Positions 1 to 10,330 of a stretch of 64,000 bases of DNA are shown in pieces. A model generated the notes under the pieces. That model was given only the letters and a program-made list of their open reading frames with translations. It had not been told where the DNA came from and made no database searches. Position numbers and translations under genes: made by a program. Source of the DNA: SAR86 cluster bacterium (GTDB lineage: Bacteria > Pseudomonadota > Gammaproteobacteria > Magnimaribacterales > AG-339-G14); NCBI GenBank assembly GCA_028140145.1, contig JAOIOC010000004.1, positions 17,067 to 81,066 on the forward strand, in the 5' to 3' direction. Each line of letters opens with the position of its first letter. Positions within the stretch are counted from its first letter, which is position 1.

Positions 1-775
1 CCTATCCAAGGAATTATCAGAAGAACAAATAAACGAGATAAGGCAAGCATGGATTGAAAATCAGGTTGTCTTTTTTCCAAACCAAAAAATTACGAATGAA
101 GAGTTTGCACGATTTGCTAGGTATTTTGGAGATTACGGTGAAGATCCTTATCTAAAAGCGATGCCTGAGCATAATCATATTGTTGAGGTTAAAAGATCTG
201 CCAAAGAAAAAACGTCACCTTTTGGTGGAACTTGGCATTCTGATTGGTCTTTTTTAAAAAATCCTCCTGCCATGACTCTACTTTATTCAAAAATTATTCC
301 GCCTGTAGGAGGCGACACACTTTTTGCTTCCACGAAAGATGCTTGTATCGATCTAGAGCCTAGCCTCAAAGATAGTATTAAAGATTTGTCCGGTGTTCAT
401 AGCGCGATGTTGCCATATGCTGATGATGGATTTTATGCTACAGAATTAGAGGATAGATCCATGAACATAGTTACGAGCAAAAAAGCCAAAGCCATGCAAA
501 ATCATCCGATCATTAAAGAACATAATGAATCTAAACTTGATACTCTTTTCGTTAATCCTGTTTATACAGTTGGGATAGATTCTAAGAGCGATGATGAAGC
601 TGCAAGTTTATTAGCATCTCTATACGAGCATATTCTTCAAGATAAATATATTTATCGACACAAATGGACTGAAGATACTTTATTAATGTGGGATAACCGC
701 TCTGTCATGCACATGGCTGAAGGGGGTTACGATGGCCATGACAGGCTTTTACACAGAATTACGATAGCTGGTTAA
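1..775 (+). CDS. TauD/TfdA-family Fe(II)/2-oxoglutarate dioxygenase (5' end outside window)
   Basis: The frame of ORF 161..775 stays open back to nt 2 (LSKELSEEQINEIRQAWIENQVVFFPNQKITNEEFARFARYFG), a typical TauD N-terminus. HxD in WHSDWSF, distal His in SVMHMAEGG, Arg in RLLHRITI. Confidence 0.8.
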   Translation, partial: LSKELSEEQINEIRQAWIENQVVFFPNQKITNEEFARFARYFGDYGEDPYLKAMPEHNHIVEVKRSAKEKTSPFGGTWHSDWSFLKNPPAMTLLYSKIIPPVGGDTLFASTKDACIDLEPSLKDSIKDLSGVHSAMLPYADDGFYATELEDRSMNIVTSKKAKAMQNHPIIKEHNESKLDTLFVNPVYTVGIDSKSDDEAASLLASLYEHILQDKYIYRHKWTEDTLLMWDNRSVMHMAEGGYDGHDRLLHRITIAG

Positions 776-2658
776 TTACCAGAAAGTTCTAAACCTTCTA
801 ATTTTCCTTCTTTACGCCATTTATTCATCATAGAAAAGAACTCCAATGGTCCGCCGCCGTAAGGATTATTTTGTGGTTCTAAATTAGGTTTACCTTCGTT
901 GTTGTAATAACCAGGAGTACAACTCTCTCTGAAATCTCGCATATCACGTGACTTAGCTATTATTGTATCCACCCAATCTGCTTCAGCCTGTTTGGAAGCT
1001 TCTACATAAGTCAGTTTATCTTCTTTCATTTTCTTCAATATGTAAGACAGATGAATGCTTTGTTCATCGAGAGAGTGCGTGTAGTTAGCAGTGAATGCAC
1101 CTTGTTGAGGTCCAAAGAAAAAACAATTAGGAAAACCATTTGCGTGCATTCCGTGAAGGGTAGATAAACCATCTTGCCATTTTTTGGAAACGCTTAAACC
1201 GTTCTTGCCGTAAATTTCATAACCGCATCTTCTGGTGTACTCAGTGCCAACCTCAAATCCAGTAGCAAATATAATGCAGTCAACTTCATACTCCTTGCCA
1301 TTGAAAATTATTCCTTTTTCAGTGATCGTATCCACACCTTTGCCGTCTGTATCAACCAATTCAACGTTATCGTTATTAAAAGCAGACAAATATTCATCAT
1401 GAAAACAAGGACGTTTACAGAATTGTCGATAATAGGGTTTAAGTGATTCTGCAGTTTCTGGATCATTGACAACAGAATCAGCCCTGGCTCTAATTTGTTC
1501 CATTTTTTCAAAGTCAGCCATTTCAACTTGTTTGGCTAAATTTTTAACTCCAACATGGGACATGAATTTACCTTGAAGATAAGATCTTAATCCCTCGGTA
1601 TAGAGTTTTTTTGAAAATACAGAACCCAAAGTCCAAAGAAAAATTCTAAATCTGGAAGGACCGTTATTTAACATGGCACCCAATATTCTCCTGAAAACTT
1701 CCGTCCACCCATCGTTAACTAAATCTTTGCCACTAACATTTCCTGTTAAAAAACCTTCAAAATTTTCTCTTCTTTTACCTTGCCAACCGGGCGATTGATT
1801 TAGAAACCAATCTTCGTTGGTTTCTGTATTATTTCTTTCATCGATAGAAGAGGGCGTCCTTTGAAATACATACAATTGCTTTGCAGACTCTGCTAGGTGA
1901 GGTATGCATTGGACTGCAGTGGCGCCTGTGCCAATAACAGCCACTCTTTTATCTTTAAGGTTAGATAAATTTCCCTTTGAAGATCCTCCTGTGTATTGAT
2001 AATCCCATCTACTGGTATGGAAAGTATGCCCCTTGTAGTCATTAATTCCATTTATTGCAGGTAATTTAGGGCGATTAAGAGGTCCATTGGCATGAACAAC
2101 ATAATTACATTTAATCTTATCTCCCTTATTAGTATTTATTTCCCAGAGTCTTTCGTCGTCTTTCCATCTAACGTCGTTTACTTCAGTTTGGAAAATAGCA
2201 TGCTCTTTCAACCCAAATTTTTCTGAGATAACATCAAAATATTCTAAAGTTTCGGGTGCGTTGGTGTATTTTTTGCCAGGTATGAATTTAGTTTCTTCCA
2301 ACAAAGGAAAATAGATATAGGATTCTATATCGCACGATGCGCCTGGATATCTGTTCCAATACCAAGTACCTCCAAAGTTACCGCCTTTCTCAATGATTTT
2401 AAAATCAGAAAACCCAGCTTCTTTGAGTCTAGATGCAGCCAGAACACCACCAAAACCGCCTCCAATGATCACTATTTCATAAGAATCAGTTAAAGCTTGC
2501 CTTTCTATTGCATTTTTTATGTAGGGATCATCAACAAAATAAGAGAAATCTCCGCTTACTTCTTGATATTGATCATTCCCATCTTCACGAAGACGTTTAT
2601 CTCTTTCTTGTCTGTATTTATCTCTGAGATAATCAGGATCAAAAGAATAATTTTGCAT
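772..2658 (-). CDS. Type I Baeyer-Villiger (flavin/NADPH) monooxygenase
   Basis: FAD motif IIGGGFGG, FGGTWYWNRYPGASCD, BVMO fingerprint YKGHTFHTSRWD, second Rossmann motif VIGTGATA. Start placed at ATG 2658 (MQNYSF) with GAGGA about 7 nt upstream. The longer ORF to 2748 would abut tRNA-Ala. Confidence 0.85.
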   Translation of the reverse strand: MQNYSFDPDYLRDKYRQERDKRLREDGNDQYQEVSGDFSYFVDDPYIKNAIERQALTDSYEIVIIGGGFGGVLAASRLKEAGFSDFKIIEKGGNFGGTWYWNRYPGASCDIESYIYFPLLEETKFIPGKKYTNAPETLEYFDVISEKFGLKEHAIFQTEVNDVRWKDDERLWEINTNKGDKIKCNYVVHANGPLNRPKLPAINGINDYKGHTFHTSRWDYQYTGGSSKGNLSNLKDKRVAVIGTGATAVQCIPHLAESAKQLYVFQRTPSSIDERNNTETNEDWFLNQSPGWQGKRRENFEGFLTGNVSGKDLVNDGWTEVFRRILGAMLNNGPSRFRIFLWTLGSVFSKKLYTEGLRSYLQGKFMSHVGVKNLAKQVEMADFEKMEQIRARADSVVNDPETAESLKPYYRQFCKRPCFHDEYLSAFNNDNVELVDTDGKGVDTITEKGIIFNGKEYEVDCIIFATGFEVGTEYTRRCGYEIYGKNGLSVSKKWQDGLSTLHGMHANGFPNCFFFGPQQGAFTANYTHSLDEQSIHLSYILKKMKEDKLTYVEASKQAEADWVDTIIAKSRDMRDFRESCTPGYYNNEGKPNLEPQNNPYGGGPLEFFSMMNKWRKEGKLEGLELSGN

Positions 2659-2750
2659 TTTTATTTCCTCAGGCAGGGATAATTTATCATATTCACGCGC
2701 AAGCAAAAAATATTCAAAAATAGTAAAGTAGCTAAACAAATTATACAAAC

Positions 2751-2826
<76 letters not shown>

Positions 2827-2838
2827 TAAAATCTAATC

Positions 2839-3237
2839 ATGGAATTATCAAATAAAAAGATTTCTTTTCCTTGGTGGTTTTCTTTAATTTTATTTTTATT
2901 AGTTTCACCGATGTTTTACGGTCCGCTAATCGCATTAGTAAATCCTTCTTTTTTTGGAGGGACTGGCGAAACTGAACTTAATCTTGGTATTATGCTATTT
3001 ATTGCAAGAAATCTTGCAATCGGATTAGCTTTTCTTTTTGCTATTTACATTAAGAATGGACCTATGCTCTTTGTACTTATTTTAGTTAGATTAATTACAG
3101 ATTTAATTGATGCTCCTGCATTTCAAATTTTCCGAGAACCTCCATTAGTAGCTCAAATGATAATTTTTACGTTGCTGTGTTATCTGCCAGCCTTCTTTGG
3201 ATTGCGTTTCCTTTGGAAAGAAATGAGGAATGACTGA
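2839..3237 (+). CDS. Small multi-pass membrane protein, function unknown
   Basis: 132 aa with about four hydrophobic segments. Starts 12 nt after tRNA-Ala. Stop overlaps the next start (TGATG). Confidence 0.55.
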   Translation: MELSNKKISFPWWFSLILFLLVSPMFYGPLIALVNPSFFGGTGETELNLGIMLFIARNLAIGLAFLFAIYIKNGPMLFVLILVRLITDLIDAPAFQIFREPPLVAQMIIFTLLCYLPAFFGLRFLWKEMRND

Positions 3238-3971
3238 TGGAAATATTTATTAATAAGAGATTCAATGGTCCGCCTAATTCAGGAAATGGAGGGTACGTTG
3301 CAGGGTTGATTGCAAAAGAAATAGGAAAATGCTGCGAAGTTAAATTGGTTGCGCCACCACCGCTTGAGAAAAAATTATTACTCAAAAAAAGTAATGAAAA
3401 TTATGAATTGTATGACGGCGAAACTTTAGTGTGTATTGCAAACACAACTACAATTGATAACGATCCGTGTGAATTTGTCAGCTTTTCAGATGCTCTTATT
3501 GGTTCTAAGAATGGATTAAGTAAATTTGAACCCATTCATGCATTGCCAGATTGTTTTGTATGCGGCCCAAATAGAAAGGAAGGTGACGGATTGAGACTAT
3601 TCACAGGTCCTCAAGATTTAGATTCCAAACCTTCTGAGGATGATTTAGTTTCAACTACTTGGGTTCCTGATAAAGGCCTCAGCTCTGATGGAAAACATAT
3701 TAACAGCGAGTACCTCTGGAGTGCCATGGATTGTCCAAGCGGATGGTCTGCCCACTTTGGAAGACATAGAAATGAATTGGAAGGGCAATTAGTTGTTTTA
3801 GGAAAATTAGCAGTAGAGATCATAAGAGTTCCAAGAGTAGAAGAAAAATGCATCATCACAGCAAAGTATTCTGATAAAAGCGGAAGAAAAGTACTTACCA
3901 ATATATCTATGTACAGCGCTGAACAAGAATTACTTGCAAACGGAAATGCTACTTGGATACTGATTTCCTAA
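3237..3971 (+). CDS. Hotdog-fold (PaaI-type thioesterase-like) protein
   Basis: CFVCGPNRKEGDGLRLF resembles the hCFxCGxxNxxGL signature of PaaI/4HBT hotdog proteins. N-terminal GNGGYVAGLIA. Assigned by motif only. Confidence 0.5.
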   Translation: MEIFINKRFNGPPNSGNGGYVAGLIAKEIGKCCEVKLVAPPPLEKKLLLKKSNENYELYDGETLVCIANTTTIDNDPCEFVSFSDALIGSKNGLSKFEPIHALPDCFVCGPNRKEGDGLRLFTGPQDLDSKPSEDDLVSTTWVPDKGLSSDGKHINSEYLWSAMDCPSGWSAHFGRHRNELEGQLVVLGKLAVEIIRVPRVEEKCIITAKYSDKSGRKVLTNISMYSAEQELLANGNATWILIS

Positions 3972-4009
3972 TCACATTCAGATTATTTATAGATTAAAAT
4001 GAAACAATT

Positions 4010-4207
4010 ATGTTTATTGCATCGGTGATACTTTTATCCATATGGGAGATATATTGGACAGCAAAAGCCTGCTGGAAAGCAGCTCAAGCAAAAGAGGGTT
4101 ATTGGTTTATTTTTATGTTGGCGTTTAATCTCTTAGGAATACCGGAAATCTATTATCTGCATTTTAGAAAAGATAAAGATGCGTTGGAAGATATGAAAAA
4201 TCGCTAA
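4010..4207 (+). CDS. Small two-TM membrane protein, function unknown
   Basis: 65 aa with two hydrophobic helices (IASVILLSIWEIYW, YWFIFMLAFNLLGIPEIYYL). Sits in a gap between flanking genes. Confidence 0.4.
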   Translation: MFIASVILLSIWEIYWTAKACWKAAQAKEGYWFIFMLAFNLLGIPEIYYLHFRKDKDALEDMKNR

Positions 4208-4239
4208 AAATTAGTAAAATAATATCTAGAGGTACAAAT

Positions 4240-4812
4240 ATGGCTGAAAAATTAGCAAAATTCACAACTATGACCAAAGGTACAGCTGAGGATTATCAAA
4301 TAATCGCCGAAGCTAGTATGCAGCACAGTGTCAATCTTCCAGACCGAATGATTGAACACCTAGAGTTATTGAAAGGCGATCACGGTGGTTTTGCAGTAGA
4401 TAGATACACTCACTGTTTGCAAACTGCAACTAGGGCAATGCGCGATGGTAGAGATGAAGAATATATTGTTTGCGCGCTCCTTCACGATATTGGAGATACT
4501 TTAGCGCCAGCGAATCATGCAGATTTTGCAGCTACCATGCTTGAACCATTTATTTCCGAAAAAAACTATTGGATTCTTAAGCATCACGGAATTTTTCAGG
4601 GCTACTACTTTTTTGACTTCTTAGGATTGGATAAAAACATGAGAGATAAATTCAAAGGTAATCCGCATTGGAAAGATTGTGCAGAATTTTGTGCAAAATA
4701 CGATCAAAATTCTTTTGATCCAGAATACGATACAGAGCCTATTGAGACATTTATTCCTATGCTAAGGAATGTACTCTCTCAAACTAAAAAATCTATTTAC
4801 AAAGCTAGTTAA
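4240..4812 (+). CDS. HD-domain protein, COG4341/PhnZ-like architecture (possible diiron oxygenase or phosphohydrolase)
   Basis: 190 aa. Ligand-like series H (YTHCLQTA), HD (LLHDIGD), H (ANHADF), HH (LKHHG), D (AKYDQNSFDP), in the same order and with the same overall length as PhnZ. Confidence 0.7.
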   Translation: MAEKLAKFTTMTKGTAEDYQIIAEASMQHSVNLPDRMIEHLELLKGDHGGFAVDRYTHCLQTATRAMRDGRDEEYIVCALLHDIGDTLAPANHADFAATMLEPFISEKNYWILKHHGIFQGYYFFDFLGLDKNMRDKFKGNPHWKDCAEFCAKYDQNSFDPEYDTEPIETFIPMLRNVLSQTKKSIYKAS

Positions 4813-5717
4813 GATTTTTTTGGTTCTGCCTTTTTTTGAACCTCAGAATCATGATTCTTCTTAGTTTCAACTAGGTTTCCAATAACTCTATCTAATTGAT
4901 CTAGAGACCATAGCTCCTCAGATAAGAAAGACTCAATCACAGCAGGTTGCTGCATAATTCCTACCGTTCCGTTTTGAACATGAATGATTTGATTGGTTAC
5001 ATCAGATGCTTCATCACAGCATAACCAAGTAATAACAGGAGCTAGTTGTTGTGGGCCTTGTTTCCAATCATTCACATCGACATCTCTACCTGCAGCTTTA
5101 ATCAAGTCAATGGTCATTCTGGTAGCTGCCCCAGGCGAGATTGTATTTACGGTACACTTATATTTTGCCATTTCAAAAGATAGGCTTCTGGTAAACCCTG
5201 CAATACCAGCCTTAGCAGCTCCGTAATTGGTTTGTCCAAAATTTCCATACAATCCAGAAACCGACGACATATTTATTATTCTGCAGTCCATCCTATTAGT
5301 TTCTCTTATATAAGAGACAAAAGGCTTGGTGCAATTAAAATGACCCTTGAGATGAACCGCTATAACTTGATCCCAATCATTTTCTTCCATATTAAAAAGA
5401 GTTTTGTCTCTTAAAATCCCTGCATTATTGATCAGGATATCCATTCCACCAAATGCATCTATGGCTGTTTGAAAAATATTTTGTCCTCCAGCAAATTCGG
5501 AAACGCTATCATAATTTGCTACTGCATCTCCGCCAGCAGATTTAATTTCTTCTACTACTTCATCTGCTATTTGAGTCCCGCCTGTACCATCTGTATTACC
5601 GCCCAAATCATTAACAACGACCTTGGCGCCCTCACCAGCTAAAAAAAGTGCAGTTTCTTTACCGATACCGCGGCCAGCTCCAGTTACTACAGCAATCTTG
5701 CCATTTAATCTTCCCAT
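4809..5717 (-). CDS. SDR-family 3-hydroxyacyl-CoA dehydrogenase, like the N-terminal domain of HSD17B4/MFE-2
   Basis: [32 protein letters not shown], [21 protein letters not shown]. These are collinear with my memory of human HSD17B4 residues 1-300. Confidence 0.85.
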   Translation of the reverse strand: MGRLNGKIAVVTGAGRGIGKETALFLAGEGAKVVVNDLGGNTDGTGGTQIADEVVEEIKSAGGDAVANYDSVSEFAGGQNIFQTAIDAFGGMDILINNAGILRDKTLFNMEENDWDQVIAVHLKGHFNCTKPFVSYIRETNRMDCRIINMSSVSGLYGNFGQTNYGAAKAGIAGFTRSLSFEMAKYKCTVNTISPGAATRMTIDLIKAAGRDVDVNDWKQGPQQLAPVITWLCCDEASDVTNQIIHVQNGTVGIMQQPAVIESFLSEELWSLDQLDRVIGNLVETKKNHDSEVQKKAEPKKS

Positions 5718-5785
5718 GATTTCTCCCTATTAATTTAATGCATTATGTTTATCACTAAAGTATATTATTTTTTTTAATCAAATAA

Positions 5786-7237
5786 ATGTCAGAAGTAAAA
5801 GAATTTAAAGTTTCAAACCTTACACTTTTTCTACATTCAGCAGGATCAGGCGTTGTAGGGATTAAAAATGTAATTTTTGGTGCTTGGGTTCTTTTGTATT
5901 ACAACCAAGTATTAGGTTTGCAGCCATATTTAGCTTCAATTGCTATTGGTGTTTCTCTTTTTTTCGATGCCATATCGGATCCTCTGGTTGGAGTTTGGTC
6001 AGATCGTATTAGATCTAGACTAGGAAGGAGACATCCTTTTATATATGCCAGTATCATTCCCTTAGCAATATGCGTTTGGTTATTATTCACGCCGCCTAAT
6101 TCTTATGACCAGAGTTACTTGTTTATAAAATTGCTCGTTTTAACAATACTCATTAGGTTAGCTATCACCTTTTTCGAAACTCCTAGGGCTGCTTTAGGTC
6201 CAGAATTAACCAAAGATTACGATAGAAGAAATTTACTCAATGGGATGGGTATTTTCTTTGGATATGTTGGAGCAATAGTCATTGGGTTCGTGATGCTTGA
6301 ATATTTTTTACCTGAAACAGAGCAATTTCAGGGCTCAACAGCTTTCTTAAACCCAGAAGGATACGAAAAGCTTGCTTATTTTGCTGCTTTCCTAGTGATA
6401 ATTTTAGGAGTAACAGCTGCATCCAGTACTCATAAACATATTAAGGATCTTCATGTTGTTGAACCATCAGGACCAATTAAATTAAAAAATGTTTTAGCAG
6501 AAGTCATAGAGGCGCTCTCTAATAGATCATGGTTGATGATCTTTCTTGCTGGGTGTCTGTATGCTCTTTTTTTGGGATTAAATAATGGTATAGCTAATTA
6601 CATCAGTGTTTATTTTTGGCAGTGGACTCCGTCAGATATATCCATCTTTCCCTTAGCAGGGGGAATCTCTGCAATTATTGGAGCAGTTATCGCAGTAGCA
6701 ATTTCTAAAGGAAGAGAAAAAAGAATTATTGCACTTTTAGCTTTTACTGGAACAATTGCAATTTCATATATTCCATTCATTCTAAGACTAGTTGATCCTT
6801 ATTTTGAAGTGCAGACTTTCCCTCTTAACGGATCCGATGCTCTCTGGTGGGTGATGTTAATGCATCTATGCGTAACTGATATCTTCTCTGTAATGGGTTG
6901 GGTAGTTATGATTTCAATGATGTTTGATGTTGTTGAGGATAGCCAAATGAGAACAGGAAGGAGAGACGAAGGACTCTTTTTGTCTGGTCCGGGATTATTT
7001 CAAAAAATATTTTCAGGTCTTGGTGTTTTTATAATAGGTTTTGTATTGCAGTTCCTAGGTTTCGATAACTCTCAATCTAACGTTGAGCAGATGCAAGAAC
7101 CCATCAATAACTTAGTCATTTTTGTATGCATCAGTGGGCCAATACTAAATTTTGCTGGATTAGGATTCATTTACTTTTATTCTATAACTAGAGATTCGCA
7201 TACTTCCGCAGTTGACGAGTTAGGCTATAAGACATAA
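5786..7237 (+). CDS. MFS transporter, GPH (glycoside-pentoside-hexuronide) family, paralogue 1
   Basis: About 12 TM segments. N-terminal motif DAISDPLVGVWSDRIRSRLGRRHPF is typical of the GPH family. Central loop THKHIKDLH is shared with ORF 10331. Confidence 0.8.
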   Translation: MSEVKEFKVSNLTLFLHSAGSGVVGIKNVIFGAWVLLYYNQVLGLQPYLASIAIGVSLFFDAISDPLVGVWSDRIRSRLGRRHPFIYASIIPLAICVWLLFTPPNSYDQSYLFIKLLVLTILIRLAITFFETPRAALGPELTKDYDRRNLLNGMGIFFGYVGAIVIGFVMLEYFLPETEQFQGSTAFLNPEGYEKLAYFAAFLVIILGVTAASSTHKHIKDLHVVEPSGPIKLKNVLAEVIEALSNRSWLMIFLAGCLYALFLGLNNGIANYISVYFWQWTPSDISIFPLAGGISAIIGAVIAVAISKGREKRIIALLAFTGTIAISYIPFILRLVDPYFEVQTFPLNGSDALWWVMLMHLCVTDIFSVMGWVVMISMMFDVVEDSQMRTGRRDEGLFLSGPGLFQKIFSGLGVFIIGFVLQFLGFDNSQSNVEQMQEPINNLVIFVCISGPILNFAGLGFIYFYSITRDSHTSAVDELGYKT

Positions 7238-7999
7238 ATGTTTTTTCCTTTATACGACGATAATCCAACATCCATAAGGCCTTTCGTAACGCAATTTATT
7301 GTTGTTGCTTGTACGATAGTTTTTGTTTTTCAATTTCTTGCTGGAATGCCTGGACAATTATTTTTGGATTTTGGTTTTATACCAGATCGATTTTTTTCCA
7401 ATTCTTTTTTTGACTTAACAATTATCTCATCAATGTTTCTCCATGGCGGTATTGCCCATATCGTAGGTAACATGGTTTACCTATGGATTTTTGGCGACAA
7501 CGTAGAAGAATCCATGGGAAGGATAAGGTTTTTATTGTTTTATATTACTTGCGGTCTTATTGCTGCTTTGTCTCAAGCTTTAGTTAATCCTGATTCAAAC
7601 ATACCGATGGTAGGGGCAAGCGGGGCAATAGCTGGTGTTCTCGGCGCATATTTAATGCTGCATCCAAGAGCCAATGTCAGCTGTTTTGTCTTTTTAATCA
7701 TTTTTATACAAGTCATAAGAATCCCCGCATTTCTTGTATTAGGTTTTTGGATTTTAGGTCAGTTTTTTAGTCTTCCAAGCTCGTTGCAAGATGAAGGCGG
7801 AGTTGCTTATTTAGCTCATATCGGTGGGTTTATTGCCGGGATGATACTTGTTCCTTTTTTTAAAAAGAAAGATGTAAAATTATTCGATATTCCTCATACA
7901 AAACCATGGCAAAACGCGAACATGAATTTTCAAAATGAAAATCCAAGAGACTTTCTCAAAGACTTCATAAATAAATCAGAAGATAAGTATAGGAAGTAG
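7238..7999 (+). CDS. Rhomboid-family intramembrane serine protease
   Basis: Catalytic GxSG in VGASGAIAGVLGAY, catalytic His in LAHIGGFIAG, and HGGxxH (LHGGIAHIVGN). ATG directly follows the upstream stop. Confidence 0.85.
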   Translation: MFFPLYDDNPTSIRPFVTQFIVVACTIVFVFQFLAGMPGQLFLDFGFIPDRFFSNSFFDLTIISSMFLHGGIAHIVGNMVYLWIFGDNVEESMGRIRFLLFYITCGLIAALSQALVNPDSNIPMVGASGAIAGVLGAYLMLHPRANVSCFVFLIIFIQVIRIPAFLVLGFWILGQFFSLPSSLQDEGGVAYLAHIGGFIAGMILVPFFKKKDVKLFDIPHTKPWQNANMNFQNENPRDFLKDFINKSEDKYRK

Positions 8000-8003
8000 T
8001 CTG

Positions 8004-10247
8004 ATGCGAATATTTTTTAAATCAATTTCCTATTTATTTTTTTTAATTTTAGTTGTTGTTCTTACATACACTTTATTTGCTTTTTACGGTTATTTTGGAT
8101 CGTTGGAGCCTGGCGGAAAGTCAATTAACAGTGAGTTACCAAAAAAAGTTTTAAATTCAAAAATCAGGAGCCAACTTAGGCACTCCAACTCATCAAAACA
8201 GATTCTTTTTGGGGACACTCATGTCCACACCACATATTCTAGCGATGCTTTTTTATGGAGTCTGCCGATGTATAACGGAAGAGGTCCTCATCCAGTTTCA
8301 GATGCTTGCGATTATGCAAGATTTTGTTCAGCGTTGGATTTTTGGGTTATTTCGGATCATGCTGAGGCCAGCACTCCTCACAAATGGAATAATACAATCG
8401 AACAAGTCCAAAGCTGCAATAAAAGCACAGATCCAGAAAATCCAGACATGATTACCTTTTTAGGTTTCGAATGGACTCAAATTGGAGATAACCGAGAAGA
8501 GCACTATGGACATAAAAACGTTATTTTGAAAGAAATTGACTCAGAATATTTACCTCAATCACCAATCGCTGCCGGTGGCGATAGCCTTAACAATTTTAGA
8601 GATCCCAATAGGGTTAACGAAACTAGAATAAATATGATGGTACAAGCGTATAACGATCTTGGAAATAGGCAAAGGTATTATGACTTCATTGCATACAACA
8701 CAGATATTACTAGTTCTCCGGTTTGTACCGGTAGTGCAGATGATAATAAGGATTGTCTTGCCTCGGCTGATACTCCCAAGGAACTTTTCACAAAATTAAA
8801 TGCCTTAAAAACCGACTCGATAGTAATCCCACATGGCAACACATGGGGATTTTATAGTCCTTTAGGAACTTCCTGGGACGACAAACTTGATGATGTTCAC
8901 GATCCGGATAGACAAATTTCTTTCGAAATCATGTCCGGTCATGGAAATTCAGAGGAATATAGAAGTTGGACTGAAGTTATTTTCGACGGAGATAATTTAA
9001 TTTGTCCAGAAGAATCAGATAATTATCTTCCTTCTTGCAAGCAAGCTGGAAACATTATTTACGAAAGATGCATAGAAAATGGTAAGAGAGAAAATGAATG
9101 CAGACAAGATGCTTCTCAAGCTGAGATTTTCTATTTACAGGCAGGTCAGTCAGGACATTTTGTGGTTCCAGGGGCAACGCCTGAATCATGGCTTGATTCA
9201 GGGCAGTGCAAGGATTGTTTTATCCCAAGTTTTAATTATCGTCCCAAGGGTTCTTTCCAGTATGCTTTGACCAAAAAAGGCAGAAATAACGAGAAATTTA
9301 TTTTTGGTGTCATAGCATCAAGCGATAATCACAGAGCTCGGCCCGGAACTGGATACAAAGCCGTTGATAGGTTATTGACTACAGAATCAAATGGCATTAA
9401 GGATCCTGCTTTTGAAAGACTTGCTTATCCATTAGATGAAATCAGTGATACCCCAGTAGAATTTAAGATTGAAGAAAGGTTCATACCTAACCCATTGGCA
9501 TACTGGGAGTCAGAAAGACAAGAAACCTTCTTTACTACAGGCGGTTTGGCGGCAGTTCATGTTGATTCAAGAAGTAGAGAAGGAGTTTGGGAAGCATTTA
9601 AAAGAAGAGAAACCTATGGGACAAGCGGACCAAGAATTTTGCTTTGGTTTGATTTAATTACAGAAAATGGATTAGTTCCTATGGGCTCTGAAATTACTAT
9701 AGATGAGAATCCAACTTTTCAAGTTAAAGCAGTTGGTTCTTTTAAACAAAAACCTGGCTGTCCAGATTACAGTCTAGGCAAAAGATCAGCAGAGGATATT
9801 AAAAATCTTTGCATGAATGAATGTTTCAATCCTAGTTCAGAAAGATACTCAATATCAAGAATAGAAATTATTAAGGTTTTGCCTGAAATCAACACATCAG
9901 AAAATCCAGAAGAACTAATTATGGATCCTTGGAAAACATTTGAGTGTGAAGAAAACAAAGCTTCTTGCAAAATTAGATTTCAAGATGAAGATTTTGCTTC
10001 AGATAATCGAGATGCAACTTTTTATGTTCGAGCCATACAAGAACCAAGTGAGCGAATAAATGGCAAAAATCTCAGATGTACCTATGACGATGAAGGAAAC
10101 TGTATCGAAACAAATTTTTGTTATGGTGGGTATAAGACAGACATAGAAGATAACTGTATTTCGATGTCAGAGGAAAGAGCTTGGTCATCACCAATTTATT
10201 TAAGTCCTTTAAAAAAACCTAATTTAGCTATTTCAAAGTTAGATTAA
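8004..10247 (+). CDS. DUF3604-like membrane-anchored, Cys-rich putative metallohydrolase
   Basis: 747 aa with one N-terminal TM helix. GDTHVHTTYSSDAF, ISDHAE and IPHGNTWG resemble PHP-type metal sites as I recall them from DUF3604 proteins. Many paired Cys suggest an extracytoplasmic location. Confidence 0.6.
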   Translation: MRIFFKSISYLFFLILVVVLTYTLFAFYGYFGSLEPGGKSINSELPKKVLNSKIRSQLRHSNSSKQILFGDTHVHTTYSSDAFLWSLPMYNGRGPHPVSDACDYARFCSALDFWVISDHAEASTPHKWNNTIEQVQSCNKSTDPENPDMITFLGFEWTQIGDNREEHYGHKNVILKEIDSEYLPQSPIAAGGDSLNNFRDPNRVNETRINMMVQAYNDLGNRQRYYDFIAYNTDITSSPVCTGSADDNKDCLASADTPKELFTKLNALKTDSIVIPHGNTWGFYSPLGTSWDDKLDDVHDPDRQISFEIMSGHGNSEEYRSWTEVIFDGDNLICPEESDNYLPSCKQAGNIIYERCIENGKRENECRQDASQAEIFYLQAGQSGHFVVPGATPESWLDSGQCKDCFIPSFNYRPKGSFQYALTKKGRNNEKFIFGVIASSDNHRARPGTGYKAVDRLLTTESNGIKDPAFERLAYPLDEISDTPVEFKIEERFIPNPLAYWESERQETFFTTGGLAAVHVDSRSREGVWEAFKRRETYGTSGPRILLWFDLITENGLVPMGSEITIDENPTFQVKAVGSFKQKPGCPDYSLGKRSAEDIKNLCMNECFNPSSERYSISRIEIIKVLPEINTSENPEELIMDPWKTFECEENKASCKIRFQDEDFASDNRDATFYVRAIQEPSERINGKNLRCTYDDEGNCIETNFCYGGYKTDIEDNCISMSEERAWSSPIYLSPLKKPNLAISKLD

Positions 10248-10330
10248 TAAGCTCCTCAATATCTCTATTTGGTGCAACCATTTACTCCAATTACCTGTAT
10301 TTTATGAGATACTTCAATCGTAGGAGATAG

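Noticed and set aside
2659-2748. 30-aa N-terminal extension of the BVMO ORF
   Set aside because: It would end 2 nt from tRNA-Ala and has no RBS. The internal ATG 2658 has a GAGGA RBS, and the conserved protein begins there.
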